IMG/VR virus record: IMGVR_UViG_3300044796_000394
Source: a virus
Taxonomy: Duplodnaviria > Heunggongvirae > Uroviricota > Caudoviricetes
Length of the DNA: 64,000 nucleotides
Reading direction: 5' to 3' (one strand)
The notes under the pieces are model-generated. The model did not search any database, had not been told where the DNA came from, and saw only the letters and a program-made list of their open reading frames with translations. Shown here piece after piece: positions 15,590-24,562 of this stretch. Made by a program: the position numbers and the translations under genes. The stretch's first letter is position 1, and each line of letters opens with the position of its first letter.

Positions 15590-16192
15590 ATGTTCGACAA
15601 ATTCGGAAAATTGGTGGTGTTGGGATGCGGCGGGTTAATTGCGAGCGTTGTAGTCGTCGGCATCATCTTTGGCATCTGGTATTTCGGCACATTCAACAAG
15701 CAAGCAAGATTCGTCGCTCAAATTTCGGGCGAACAAGACGTATGCAAGATCAGCTACGACAACACATGGAAGGTCATTCAAGAAATGGCCCAAGTTCCCG
15801 ATGCCTACAAAGACGGCTTCAAGGAATCATGGGGTGTGATTGTTAACAGCAGTCCTAGCAAAACCGCTGGCCTCGTAAACGCCTACGTCACTCGCTTCAA
15901 CCCCAAATTTGACAGCAAGTTGTATGAAAAGCTTATGGTCACCATCGAGCATCAGCGGAAATCATTCGCAGAAGCCCAAAAGAAGCTGCGGGCACTGAAA
16001 ACCGAACACGACGCTTTCCGAACAACCATGCCCGTTGACAGCATGTTGGGCCGAATGCTCTTCGGCACTTTCCCGCCAATCGAAGTCCAACTCGTTCTCT
16101 CGGAAAAGACCGACAACGCCTTCGAGACCGGTCGAGACGACAAGATCAACGTCTTTGACCGCAAACCCGCCACCGTTCCTACCGCCAGTTGA
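15590..16192 (+). CDS. LemA-like membrane-anchored protein
   Basis: N-terminal TM then helical domain (YDNTWKVIQEMAQV...LYEKLMVTIEHQRKSF); AAGGGG SD. Confidence 0.6.
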   Translation: MFDKFGKLVVLGCGGLIASVVVVGIIFGIWYFGTFNKQARFVAQISGEQDVCKISYDNTWKVIQEMAQVPDAYKDGFKESWGVIVNSSPSKTAGLVNAYVTRFNPKFDSKLYEKLMVTIEHQRKSFAEAQKKLRALKTEHDAFRTTMPVDSMLGRMLFGTFPPIEVQLVLSEKTDNAFETGRDDKINVFDRKPATVPTAS

Positions 16193-16294
16193 TCCGCCGA
16201 TGTGGGCAGTATTGATGACTTACGGCGTGACATTTCTAGCCAACGTCGGCATCGTTTTGGGATTTAGTTTGAAGAAAGACTGAATAGATAATGA

Positions 16295-16681
16295 ATGACT
16301 TTCAAAGAATTTATAGCAAAGCATGATATCGACTTTTCGCCAGTCGTTAACTTGATCGATAAGGCTTTGCTATCTATCAAGAGAGTTGAACCACAAATCG
16401 ATCATCCGCTTTGGATGCAATCAAAACAACATCTGAGTGGATATGAGGATGTTGTTCAATTCTTTTACAACAGTTTACATTCATTGCGGGAATGGGTGAG
16501 CCGAGGCGCTCACAACAAGAAGTTATCTCAGACGATAAAGCCATTGTACAATAAGATTTTGAAAGATGTGTCTAGGCTTGTAGCGAAGAAAGAAACGCAT
16601 CCTACGCTTCAACAATTCAATGTACAGAACACTTTTGACTCAATTCAGAAGATGATTCAAGACATAACTTCTAGTGTTTGA
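16295..16681 (+). CDS. putative internal head protein (CTS-like leader MTFKEFIA)
   Basis: Leader resembles T4 internal-protein targeting peptide; TAGATA 4 nt upstream. Confidence 0.6.
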   Translation: MTFKEFIAKHDIDFSPVVNLIDKALLSIKRVEPQIDHPLWMQSKQHLSGYEDVVQFFYNSLHSLREWVSRGAHNKKLSQTIKPLYNKILKDVSRLVAKKETHPTLQQFNVQNTFDSIQKMIQDITSSV

Positions 16682-16835
16682 CTTGGCCTTGGCTCGTCTG
16701 CATATGGATGAACATACCAAGTATGATCACTTACTTGATAAGCCTCAATTTTGTCAAGAAATTGCTCTCGTTCTTCTTCGGTAGCAGATTGCCACCATTT
16801 AATAGCTTCTTCCATTTTATCTCTTACGATTTGAG

Positions 16836-16908
16836 TGGGCGTTGAGGGATTCGAACCCCCGGCTCTTTCCGTGTAAAGGAAATACTCTGGCCTCTGAGTT
16901 AAACGCCC
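16836..16908 (-). tRNA. tRNA-Val(UAC)
   Basis: GGGCGTT/AACGCCC acceptor, TTTCC-TTTACAC-GGAAA, GGGGG-TTCGAAT-CCCTC. Confidence 0.93.
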
Positions 16909-16959
16909 ATTTGTATTTAGATATTAAAGTATTTGCCCGTCGGTTTCAATATATAAAGT

Positions 16960-18039
16960 ATGCATCGTAGAAAAAGATTAGCAGCAAGAGCAGAAAGTTT
17001 CGGCGGAAGTTTAAGTTTAAGTTCCGCAGCAGCAGCGTCCTCTTCATTGGCTCCACAGAAAAAAATGGGCATGGGTATGGGCATGAAACCCCCCGGCAAC
17101 GGCATGGGTATGGGAATGGGTGGTGGCCCCGGTCCCGGCCCCGGAGGGCCGGGTGGTCCAGGTGGTGGTGGTGGACCGGGTAACGGTGGTCCCGGCCCCG
17201 GAGGGCCGGGTGGTCCAGGGCCGGGCATGGGAAAAACAACTAGCTCTCACGATTCTCAATCAAGTCACGCACCCACCATTCCATCGGCCCCACCAACTGG
17301 CCCCTTACCAGCAGGTGGTGGCCCCACAAACTGGCAAGTAGATTTCATTAACAATAGCAATGCGGTAACTGATGCCGATCTGCAAACTTGTATTGCCGCT
17401 CTACAAAAACAGGTTCAATTCCATTTTGGCCCGGTTTGGAACATTAATGCCGATCTTAAATTTAGCACTCAATTAAACTTCAATCCTACAATCTTCGTTC
17501 TGGATTATTCGTCCGATGTTAGCATTTTGGGTTATCACGACATAACACAAGCTGGTATTCCAGTAGGATTCGTATTCGCACAATCTTCAATTGATTCAGG
17601 TGAGTCTTGGCAAGTCACAGCAAGCCATGAACTTTTGGAACTATTAGGCGATCCTTATGTTAATTTGGCTTGCCAAGGTCAATTTGCCGGGCAGAACGTA
17701 TTCTTTGCCTATGAAACTTGTGATGCAGTAGAAAATGACGTTTATCAGATTGACGGTGTGGATGTATCTAACTTCCAATATCCATCATGGTTTGTCAATC
17801 AAAACTCTGATCGTTATGATTATATGGGAGTTTTAGATGCACCATTCACAATTTCTTCTGGTGGTTATTTAACGTATTTTCGAACAGTAGGCGACTGGAT
17901 TGATGTATCTTCCAATGGTTTGCTACCACTGAATAAGCCGAAATTCACCAGACATTTCCGAAGACGCAAACTTGCCAACCCGCTTTACTCAGTACCATTA
18001 GAAACCCCGATCAATAGGCACAACCATGTCAAAGATTAA
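16960..18039 (+). CDS. Gly/Pro/Met-rich N-terminus fused to zincin metallopeptidase-like domain
   Basis: GPGG/MGMG repeats; LGYHD, SHELLE (HExxE), YETCDAVE, VSNFQYPSWF. Confidence 0.75.
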   Translation: MHRRKRLAARAESFGGSLSLSSAAAASSSLAPQKKMGMGMGMKPPGNGMGMGMGGGPGPGPGGPGGPGGGGGPGNGGPGPGGPGGPGPGMGKTTSSHDSQSSHAPTIPSAPPTGPLPAGGGPTNWQVDFINNSNAVTDADLQTCIAALQKQVQFHFGPVWNINADLKFSTQLNFNPTIFVLDYSSDVSILGYHDITQAGIPVGFVFAQSSIDSGESWQVTASHELLELLGDPYVNLACQGQFAGQNVFFAYETCDAVENDVYQIDGVDVSNFQYPSWFVNQNSDRYDYMGVLDAPFTISSGGYLTYFRTVGDWIDVSSNGLLPLNKPKFTRHFRRRKLANPLYSVPLETPINRHNHVKD

Positions 18040-18040
18040 T

Positions 18041-18628
18041 ATGAAGTTCAAACATTGGTTAGAAGATACGAATGTTCCCGATCAGCATATCGATATTGAT
18101 ATTCCGCCAACTCACCAACAGAAAGATTATTCTTGTGGTGCTGCCTGTCTGCGAGCCATTAGTACTTACTTTAAAGTCGGCCCGAAAACCGAACAAGAAT
18201 TCATGAAGGATTGTAATACCAAACATGATAAAGGGACGCACCCAGAGAACCTAGAAAGGGTCGCCAAACAGTATGGTTTGAGTGTACAAGCCAAAAAGAA
18301 CATGACATTGAGTGAACTGCAGAACTATTTAAAGAACGGTGTACCAGTCATTTGCGTGATGCAGGCTTGGGGAGATCCAAAAGATTATCATAACGAAGAT
18401 AGCGGCCATTATGTAGTGGCTATTGGATTCAATGAAGTTAACATTTATTTTATGGACCCACTCATTGAGGATGCAGCACGTGGTCATTTGTCTCACTCAG
18501 AATTTGTGAAAAGATGGCACGACCATGCACCAGATGGTGAAAAATATATAAGATTTGGTATTGCCATGTGGAAGAATGTTAATTCGCCCAAAGCCGAAAA
18601 ATTACATACGACTCAAAAGATCAAGTAA
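18041..18628 (+). CDS. C39-like cysteine peptidase with CTS-like leader
   Basis: QQKDYSCGAACL, GHYVVAIG, FMDP; leader MKFKHWLE. Confidence 0.85.
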   Translation: MKFKHWLEDTNVPDQHIDIDIPPTHQQKDYSCGAACLRAISTYFKVGPKTEQEFMKDCNTKHDKGTHPENLERVAKQYGLSVQAKKNMTLSELQNYLKNGVPVICVMQAWGDPKDYHNEDSGHYVVAIGFNEVNIYFMDPLIEDAARGHLSHSEFVKRWHDHAPDGEKYIRFGIAMWKNVNSPKAEKLHTTQKIK

Positions 18629-19144
18629 TTATTTTCTTGGTGTCCAATTTGTATCCCAAGGGTGTTTGATATTGGCATTTCGACATCGAAGCATTGTGAA
18701 GCAGAAGCTATAACTTGCATTTTCGGTTATTTCATCTTCTTCACTGGCTTGAAGCATACGTTCAATGTATTGGGCATCATTACTGTTAACGATCAATCCT
18801 CGCCATTTGGCAATTTGAACAATATACTCGGTTAGTTCTTTATTTTTCATTATGCGTTGGCTTTCTTTTTCCGAAACGACAAGATCGTCTTGGAAGTAAA
18901 AAGATACAGCTTCCCACAATGGAAAATCTCTACGAATCATACAAAGGTCTGTATAACGATGATTTAAAATTTGTTCTACCCGCCATTGAACTTCGGGATT
19001 TGACGATGTTTTGAGTATTTCTATAAGTTGAGGCACAACGACAAAACCCGCCTGATCGAGTCCTTTGGTCGCAAATTCTCGCATTTGATAACTTGGACTG
19101 TCTAGGTTTTGTAAGAAAAACGATAAAAGAATTGCGGTTAACAT
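18629..19144 (-). CDS. HEAT-like repeat protein with signal peptide
   Basis: LDSPSYQMREFATKGL...PEVQWRVEQIL, a motif common in Planctomycete proteins. Confidence 0.65.
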   Translation of the reverse strand: MLTAILLSFFLQNLDSPSYQMREFATKGLDQAGFVVVPQLIEILKTSSNPEVQWRVEQILNHRYTDLCMIRRDFPLWEAVSFYFQDDLVVSEKESQRIMKNKELTEYIVQIAKWRGLIVNSNDAQYIERMLQASEEDEITENASYSFCFTMLRCRNANIKHPWDTNWTPRK

Positions 19145-19156
19145 ATAGTTATAAAT

Positions 19157-19188
19157 AAAAAACGCCGGATTTTTATCCGGCGTTTTTT
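19157..19188. terminator. intrinsic terminator
   Basis: A6-CGCCGGAT/ATCCGGCG-T6. Confidence 0.8.
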
Positions 19189-19191
19189 ACA

Positions 19192-19491
19192 TTAAATCTT
19201 TTGGCGAGCGGTTGGTGGATGCTCGGTGATATGGCTCTTAAGTTCTCGGACGGTGAACTTGTAGTAATCACTACGAGTCTTGCCCTTCCATTGAGCCAGA
19301 ACCTTAGTCGTTACTGGCAATTTCAAAAGTTCTTCTGCCGTATAAACGACATCAACCTTCATTTGAGTCTTACCGGGCGTCATCACCACGAAAGGATGCT
19401 GCTTTTGAATCCGATTATTGCGAAGACCTGAATCTTCGAAGTAGTGGCGGTTAGCAACACGAACATTCTTACCATTGGTCAATCTAATCAT
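19192..19491 (-). CDS. hypothetical protein
   Basis: GGAG SD before ATG at 19491. Confidence 0.6.
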   Translation of the reverse strand: MIRLTNGKNVRVANRHYFEDSGLRNNRIQKQHPFVVMTPGKTQMKVDVVYTAEELLKLPVTTKVLAQWKGKTRSDYYKFTVRELKSHITEHPPTARQKI

Positions 19492-19576
19492 CTTAACTCC
19501 GATTGGAAAATACACTTTTTAGTAATTGAAACACTAGGGCGTATTTTAGAGTAAAAAAATTAGAAATCAATAGCAG

Positions 19577-19789
19577 TTACTTCTTTTCTTTTTTGTCTTT
19601 TTTATCCTTTTTAGCCCAAGGTGGGGACTTCTTACCCTTGTCCTTGCCTTCACCTTCGTCTTCAACCTTTTCGCTCTTGTCTTCTTTTTTGCCCTTGAGC
19701 TTATCATTGATAAAATCAGGTACAATGCCCTTTTTGCCTTCATTGAAGCTGGCAACCCATTCTTCAAAAGTGCGTAATCTCTTTCCCAT
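19577..19789 (-). CDS. small K/E/D-rich putative prohead core/internal protein
   Basis: LRTFEEWVASFNE leader; highly charged tail; AAGGGA SD. Confidence 0.6.
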   Translation of the reverse strand: MGKRLRTFEEWVASFNEGKKGIVPDFINDKLKGKKEDKSEKVEDEGEGKDKGKKSPPWAKKDKKDKKEKK

Positions 19790-19860
19790 TTTATGTTCCC
19801 TTTCAACATTAACTTAAATTATCTATTCAACAAATGATGATTTCATTCTAAATAAGCCAT

Positions 19861-20766
19861 ATGAAGTTCCACCAATATCTAAGCATTAAAGAAAACAATA
19901 TCTCGGCAGAAATTGAAGATATTTTCCAAAAAACTATCACGGATATTGATACCCTCTTTGGTCAACTTTACAAAGGTACCGAAGCAATGGTTAAGAATGG
20001 TGAGAAGGCCAAACTGCCAGAAGAGCTTCAAAAGTCCATTATTGACGATTTGAGAAAAATCGCTATGAAGATCAAGGGCGGCGGCAATGTTCCGGCAGCA
20101 AATGTCAGAACCGATCCACGGATGGAAAACGTCATGGTAGACGCTTACGTTAAAGATATTATTGAAAACATCTCGGCAGTAAGCGGGTTAGGCAAAACTG
20201 GAACTTCTAATACTGGTAAGCCTGTTTATGACTTCAAGAGTACGCTTAACAATGTCAAGAATATGGTTATTGACCGTATGAACCAACTGAAAGGTTCAGT
20301 TTTGAAAGCGATGGGTATGGTTGGTGATATGTCTAAGCAAGTCGGCGATATTCATGGTAATGTGGTTACTAACATGAAGCCACAAGAGCGGGAAAGTGCC
20401 GAAGATGGTTTGGCGGTTATTGGCAATATGGCGAAGTCTGGCGGTGTCAAACTTTACAGTGGCGTAGACGGTGCTGGTAAGCCCACAGGGCCGCTTTCGT
20501 TTGATCCAAGGGATCGTCAATCCATTCGCTCACTCATCGGTACAATCAACGCTAAGAAGGTTTATGTTGATATGGGTGGAAAGATCACACCTATTGACCT
20601 TACGAACCGCCAAGCATGGACGGAACTACAAAGTGATATTCAAGCAGGTACTAAGGTTGAACCTTACGCTCCAAGAACTGGCAATCAGTTGAGAATGCGA
20701 AAGATGGCTCCGGGTGATGCTCAGCAAGGCATTAAAGTTAACAATGCTTCGCAAATGGGCAGTTAA
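19861..20766 (+). CDS. putative internal head protein
   Basis: Leader MKFHQYLSIKE; TAAATA 6 nt upstream. Confidence 0.65.
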   Translation: MKFHQYLSIKENNISAEIEDIFQKTITDIDTLFGQLYKGTEAMVKNGEKAKLPEELQKSIIDDLRKIAMKIKGGGNVPAANVRTDPRMENVMVDAYVKDIIENISAVSGLGKTGTSNTGKPVYDFKSTLNNVKNMVIDRMNQLKGSVLKAMGMVGDMSKQVGDIHGNVVTNMKPQERESAEDGLAVIGNMAKSGGVKLYSGVDGAGKPTGPLSFDPRDRQSIRSLIGTINAKKVYVDMGGKITPIDLTNRQAWTELQSDIQAGTKVEPYAPRTGNQLRMRKMAPGDAQQGIKVNNASQMGS

Positions 20767-21449
20767 TCTAAATCATACACAATCGTTCCAACAGCACCAT
20801 GAAGGCACTGTTGGAATATTTTTTCGATTTGAACGATAACTGGCACTCGTTGACTAATGCGAATGTGTCCATGCCATAAGTAGTCTGCGAACAATTCAAA
20901 CGCTAATTCTTCCATTCTATCTATGGCGTGAGGGTGCGTCATGTCCTTTTGTGAAATTCGTGCTGATCTGAATTTGAATAATTGACTCAGGTCTTTGATT
21001 CTTGATTTTTCGTCAACGTTAAGTGTTGTTTCGAGTTTACCCAAAAGAGATACGATGATGTCTTTTTCGCCGGGATTAGAATAATCCAGCAAGGCATGAG
21101 CAATATTATGCAAAATCATCCACGCTGTTAATGCCCCACCAGTACTGGCCTTCTTGGCAAATGTAATATGGTTTTCTGTTTTAATTCCCTTTTGTTGAAT
21201 TGTTTCAAGTACCCAATCTCTAAATTTCTTTGTACCTACATCACGTATTGGAGGTTGTCCAATAATGATATTGAAATCGTGTTTGGTTGAACGCTTTAAT
21301 GCCACCTCTAATTGGTTATAAGTTTTAGGAAGCTGTAAAGTCTTTATATCGGCCCGATTAAACATTGATATTTTATTGCTATTGGGTTTGACGAAGGGGC
21401 CGACGTTATAGCTCTTCAATGCCATTTCCATAAATTGTTTGAAATTCAT
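20763..21449 (-). CDS. putative internal head protein, possible degenerate zincin
   Basis: Leader MNFKQFME; WMILHNIAHAL and ELFADYL. Confidence 0.6.
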   Translation of the reverse strand: MNFKQFMEMALKSYNVGPFVKPNSNKISMFNRADIKTLQLPKTYNQLEVALKRSTKHDFNIIIGQPPIRDVGTKKFRDWVLETIQQKGIKTENHITFAKKASTGGALTAWMILHNIAHALLDYSNPGEKDIIVSLLGKLETTLNVDEKSRIKDLSQLFKFRSARISQKDMTHPHAIDRMEELAFELFADYLWHGHIRISQRVPVIVQIEKIFQQCLHGAVGTIVYDLD

Positions 21450-21679
21450 GCTGTGTTTTTGACACGAGGATCACCGTCATGGTAATGGACGAGACCGTCT
21501 TTGCTGGTCAACCCTTTCTTTCCGTAAGCAATATCGATATACGTAATAATGTCAGACGATCTAGCCGTACCATATAAAGGTGGATACTGACCTAGAGCGT
21601 CAGCAATAGGCGGATAAAGACCTAGCTTCGCATAAGTTCCATAACCTTCGGCTACAAACCATTCCTTAAACTTTAAAAT
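21446..21679 (-). CDS. small putative internal head protein (start uncertain, possibly ATT)
   Basis: AGGAG-7nt-ATT-TTA-AAG-TTT-AAG-GAA-TGG gives LKFKEWFVAE leader; YPP...QY motif. Confidence 0.5.
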   Translation of the reverse strand: MLKFKEWFVAEGYGTYAKLGLYPPIADALGQYPPLYGTARSSDIITYIDIAYGKKGLTSKDGLVHYHDGDPRVKNTA

Positions 21680-22875
21680 GGTATTTCTCCTGTTGGTATT
21701 TCGTGCGAATTGTGTTTTTCCTGTTTCTTGTATTCTATGACTCTTTCCAATGCTCGACTCCACAGGTCTAAAGCTGGTGCCATCTTAGGCATTCCTCGCT
21801 TGTAAAAGTCAAACATCTTTTCCTGCGAATTGAGCCAAGGATATTCACGGGCAATATCGTCTACCCAAGTGTCAGCACCGTACTTGTCCCACGAAAGTTC
21901 ATCACTACCATCAAACATTGAATTACGTGTTGAAATGCCACCTTTGCCTCGATAGCGAAAATTGTTTTTGTTGTTACGATAATTGGCGTGAGTGAGTTTA
22001 GCTCGCAAATCTTGATAAGCAGCAACTCTTTCCTGAAACATAGGATCGTATTCAAACATCAATTGATTTTTAACTTCCTTCAATTGCTTATAACTAATCC
22101 CGTACGCTTTAGCTTGTTGAAGTACTTCCGCAACACTGTGAAGTACTGGTAGTTCCTCATCAGCATCCTTGATTACCGGTTTGGGGTAATGCCTGCCCAA
22201 TCTTTTAGCGTAATTCCCTAACACATCTTTCATCTTAAGATCAGGAGCATATTTGCCACCTTTTTGGAGTTCACTATGATTGTCGTGGCTGAGATCGCCG
22301 TTAATGACATGAAAATAAACTCGTTTCATAAGAAGCTGTACTTCTTTGGGCAGCTTTTGTAACTGTTCAGCAAAGTCGGCTGAGTGGCGGTACTTTTTGA
22401 TAAAGATTGACAAATCGTGCTGATTGAAATATCGCACTGGATTTTGTGGTTTCTTTTTAGCGACAAAGGCACAAAGGTCAACAAAGTCTTGCCATGAAGT
22501 TACGGCCTTAACTTTCATTTCCATACGATTGCGATTAACTGCAGCGAGATATTCAGCAGGCTGATCGCTCTTGATACCGCCAATAGTTTTCATTCTGCGA
22601 TTGTGTACAAATTGCTCAATGCGGTCTTTGGCATCTTTAACACTGCTGGCCAAGACATACTTAATTTCTTCATCGTAACTGTTGTTTTTGGCTTTGGTTT
22701 TAGATCGTGGGTAGCGAAAGGTAACACGATATTTAATCATGTTGGAATGATCTGAGTCGTCTACACCAATAATGTGACGCTCAAAAATACCCAAAGGCAT
22801 TGGTTCCAATAAGACGCAAACATCGTCTACTTGAAAATACTCGGACTTGTTTTGAAAATATTCACCGAACAGCAT
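21673..22875 (-). CDS. putative internal head protein
   Basis: Leader MLFGEYF; TACATA 4 nt upstream of ATG 22875. Confidence 0.65.
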   Translation of the reverse strand: MLFGEYFQNKSEYFQVDDVCVLLEPMPLGIFERHIIGVDDSDHSNMIKYRVTFRYPRSKTKAKNNSYDEEIKYVLASSVKDAKDRIEQFVHNRRMKTIGGIKSDQPAEYLAAVNRNRMEMKVKAVTSWQDFVDLCAFVAKKKPQNPVRYFNQHDLSIFIKKYRHSADFAEQLQKLPKEVQLLMKRVYFHVINGDLSHDNHSELQKGGKYAPDLKMKDVLGNYAKRLGRHYPKPVIKDADEELPVLHSVAEVLQQAKAYGISYKQLKEVKNQLMFEYDPMFQERVAAYQDLRAKLTHANYRNNKNNFRYRGKGGISTRNSMFDGSDELSWDKYGADTWVDDIAREYPWLNSQEKMFDFYKRGMPKMAPALDLWSRALERVIEYKKQEKHNSHEIPTGEIPF

Positions 22876-22885
22876 GGAATATGTA

Positions 22886-23626
22886 TCACTTGGACGGCTC
22901 AATCTTATTGAGAGCCTTAAAGTATTCCTCAATCATTGCTCGATATTTTGAAGGTAACTGTCTGGTGATTTCTTGAATTGCTTTTTCACGTTTAGCTGGC
23001 GGAAGATTTCCCCAATTTTCAGCCAACTTCTTTAATTCTTTCTCGGTTACTTTTCCAATACCGCCATCAGTTGGTAATTGAGAATGTTGAGCAGGTGAGT
23101 CGCCTTGGCCATTGGGGCTTCCCGGCGTACCTTGTTCACCTTTGCTGGCTTGAGCATCAGCAGCATCTTTAGCTGCCTTCTCTTTGTCTTCTTGATCTTT
23201 AATTAATTTGTCTAGTTTGTTTATGATTTGCTTTTGTACTTTTTGAGTGTCCTCACCGGCCTTGACGTTTTGAAGTTTATCACCGGCTATTCTCATATCT
23301 CTGCCGATGTCATTCATGTCACCATCTTTCCACTTTTTCAAATCTTCTTCCATTAGATAAGCGACATTGGCATGGCGACTGTCCATAGGATGAAAAGAGT
23401 TGAGCAAACTTTCAAGCCACTTACTCGCATTTTCACGGTCATTGAGGGCGAAATAGTTAACTGCCATGATAAAGCAGTATTCATTATATTGTTCTGGCGT
23501 TGGTTGTACATCTTTCAAAACACCAAGCGATTGCTCGTAGTTTCTATCATGTGTCAAACCTTTTGCTTGGTTAACAGGATTTTGACTTAACAGAGACATC
23601 AAAACAGCGAGAACTAAACTATGCAT
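22886..23626 (-). CDS. secreted TPR-like/coiled-coil protein with Planctomycete-type C-terminus
   Basis: Signal peptide; C-terminal WGNLPPAKREKAIQ...LPSKYRAMIEEYFKAL. Confidence 0.7.
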   Translation of the reverse strand: MHSLVLAVLMSLLSQNPVNQAKGLTHDRNYEQSLGVLKDVQPTPEQYNEYCFIMAVNYFALNDRENASKWLESLLNSFHPMDSRHANVAYLMEEDLKKWKDGDMNDIGRDMRIAGDKLQNVKAGEDTQKVQKQIINKLDKLIKDQEDKEKAAKDAADAQASKGEQGTPGSPNGQGDSPAQHSQLPTDGGIGKVTEKELKKLAENWGNLPPAKREKAIQEITRQLPSKYRAMIEEYFKALNKIEPSK

Positions 23627-23635
23627 AGAAAACCT

Positions 23636-23890
23636 TTACTTGGCGGCCATTTCCCAACCGATGTTCAAATCAATCAACTCTCTAGAGAGCATTGGTTCAG
23701 CAGACAACCAAGCGAGTCTTACTTTGAAAAAGTTTTCAGTAACGTCATAAGACATACCACTGACTCGTAAAGATTGTTCACCTGCGAGACCTTCAAAATC
23801 CATACCAGAAAACGGTACGAAAGAAAGGTCTCTAATATTCATTACCCATTTGGCATCATTCGCCATAATATACATTTTTACTTTATTCAT
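23636..23890 (-). CDS. hypothetical protein
   Basis: ATGA overlap with upstream gene. Confidence 0.55.
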   Translation of the reverse strand: MNKVKMYIMANDAKWVMNIRDLSFVPFSGMDFEGLAGEQSLRVSGMSYDVTENFFKVRLAWLSAEPMLSRELIDLNIGWEMAAK

Positions 23891-24501
23891 TCTTGACTTT
23901 CAAAGGTTACTTGTTGTGCAGGAGCTTTCGTCATCCTGAGCATCCTTGCCACTTCATATCTGTGGTGCCCATCTATAATGTTGCCATCGGGATCAATGAC
24001 TATAGCCTTAAAATAGCCTTCGCCATTTTTAATTCTATTAACGATGAGGGCTATTTTCGCTTGTCCTTCTGGCGTATTGGAATGATTTTCCGTTTTGTGC
24101 ATAAATCGTAATGGAATAAGTTTAACGGGACTCAATCTCGGTCCATCAAACATATTGACAGAGCCGTTGGTTTCTAGATCCTCTAGACTGTTCTTTTTGA
24201 CTTCTACATCATCCCAACCAAACGGTTTCTTTCTGATTCGTTTGCCGATCTTCCAACTCTTGCCAGATTGGTACAGTGGGACAGCATTGGCAAATTGGCG
24301 ATTGTATTCAGGCCCATCGATGCCACCAAACATTGATGCGTGTGGTTGACTATCGGCATGTTCCCTGCGTCCAAATACCCAATCTCTAGCTGCTTGTTCG
24401 GTAGGAAAGGTCATATTGGCGGCATACTTAGCCCACCAAAGTAGACTTTCGGCATCTACACCGTTAAATTGTTTCGCTTCTAGCCACGTACGAAAATTCA
24501 T
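23887..24501 (-). CDS. ParB/Srx-like domain protein with CTS-like leader
   Basis: AIVIDPDGNIIDGHHRYEVARML; leader MNFRTWLE; TACATA 5 nt upstream. Confidence 0.78.
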   Translation of the reverse strand: MNFRTWLEAKQFNGVDAESLLWWAKYAANMTFPTEQAARDWVFGRREHADSQPHASMFGGIDGPEYNRQFANAVPLYQSGKSWKIGKRIRKKPFGWDDVEVKKNSLEDLETNGSVNMFDGPRLSPVKLIPLRFMHKTENHSNTPEGQAKIALIVNRIKNGEGYFKAIVIDPDGNIIDGHHRYEVARMLRMTKAPAQQVTFESQE

Positions 24502-24562
24502 CTTGATATGTAGAGGTTTTTTTAGTAAAATGCTGTAATCAATAAATCCGCAAGAGAAATAT

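Noticed and set aside
16917-17341. Poly-Pro ORFs and GC-rich tandem repeats
   Set aside because: Antisense or alternate frames of the Gly/Pro-coding tract of ORF 16960; not a CRISPR array or non-coding repeat.
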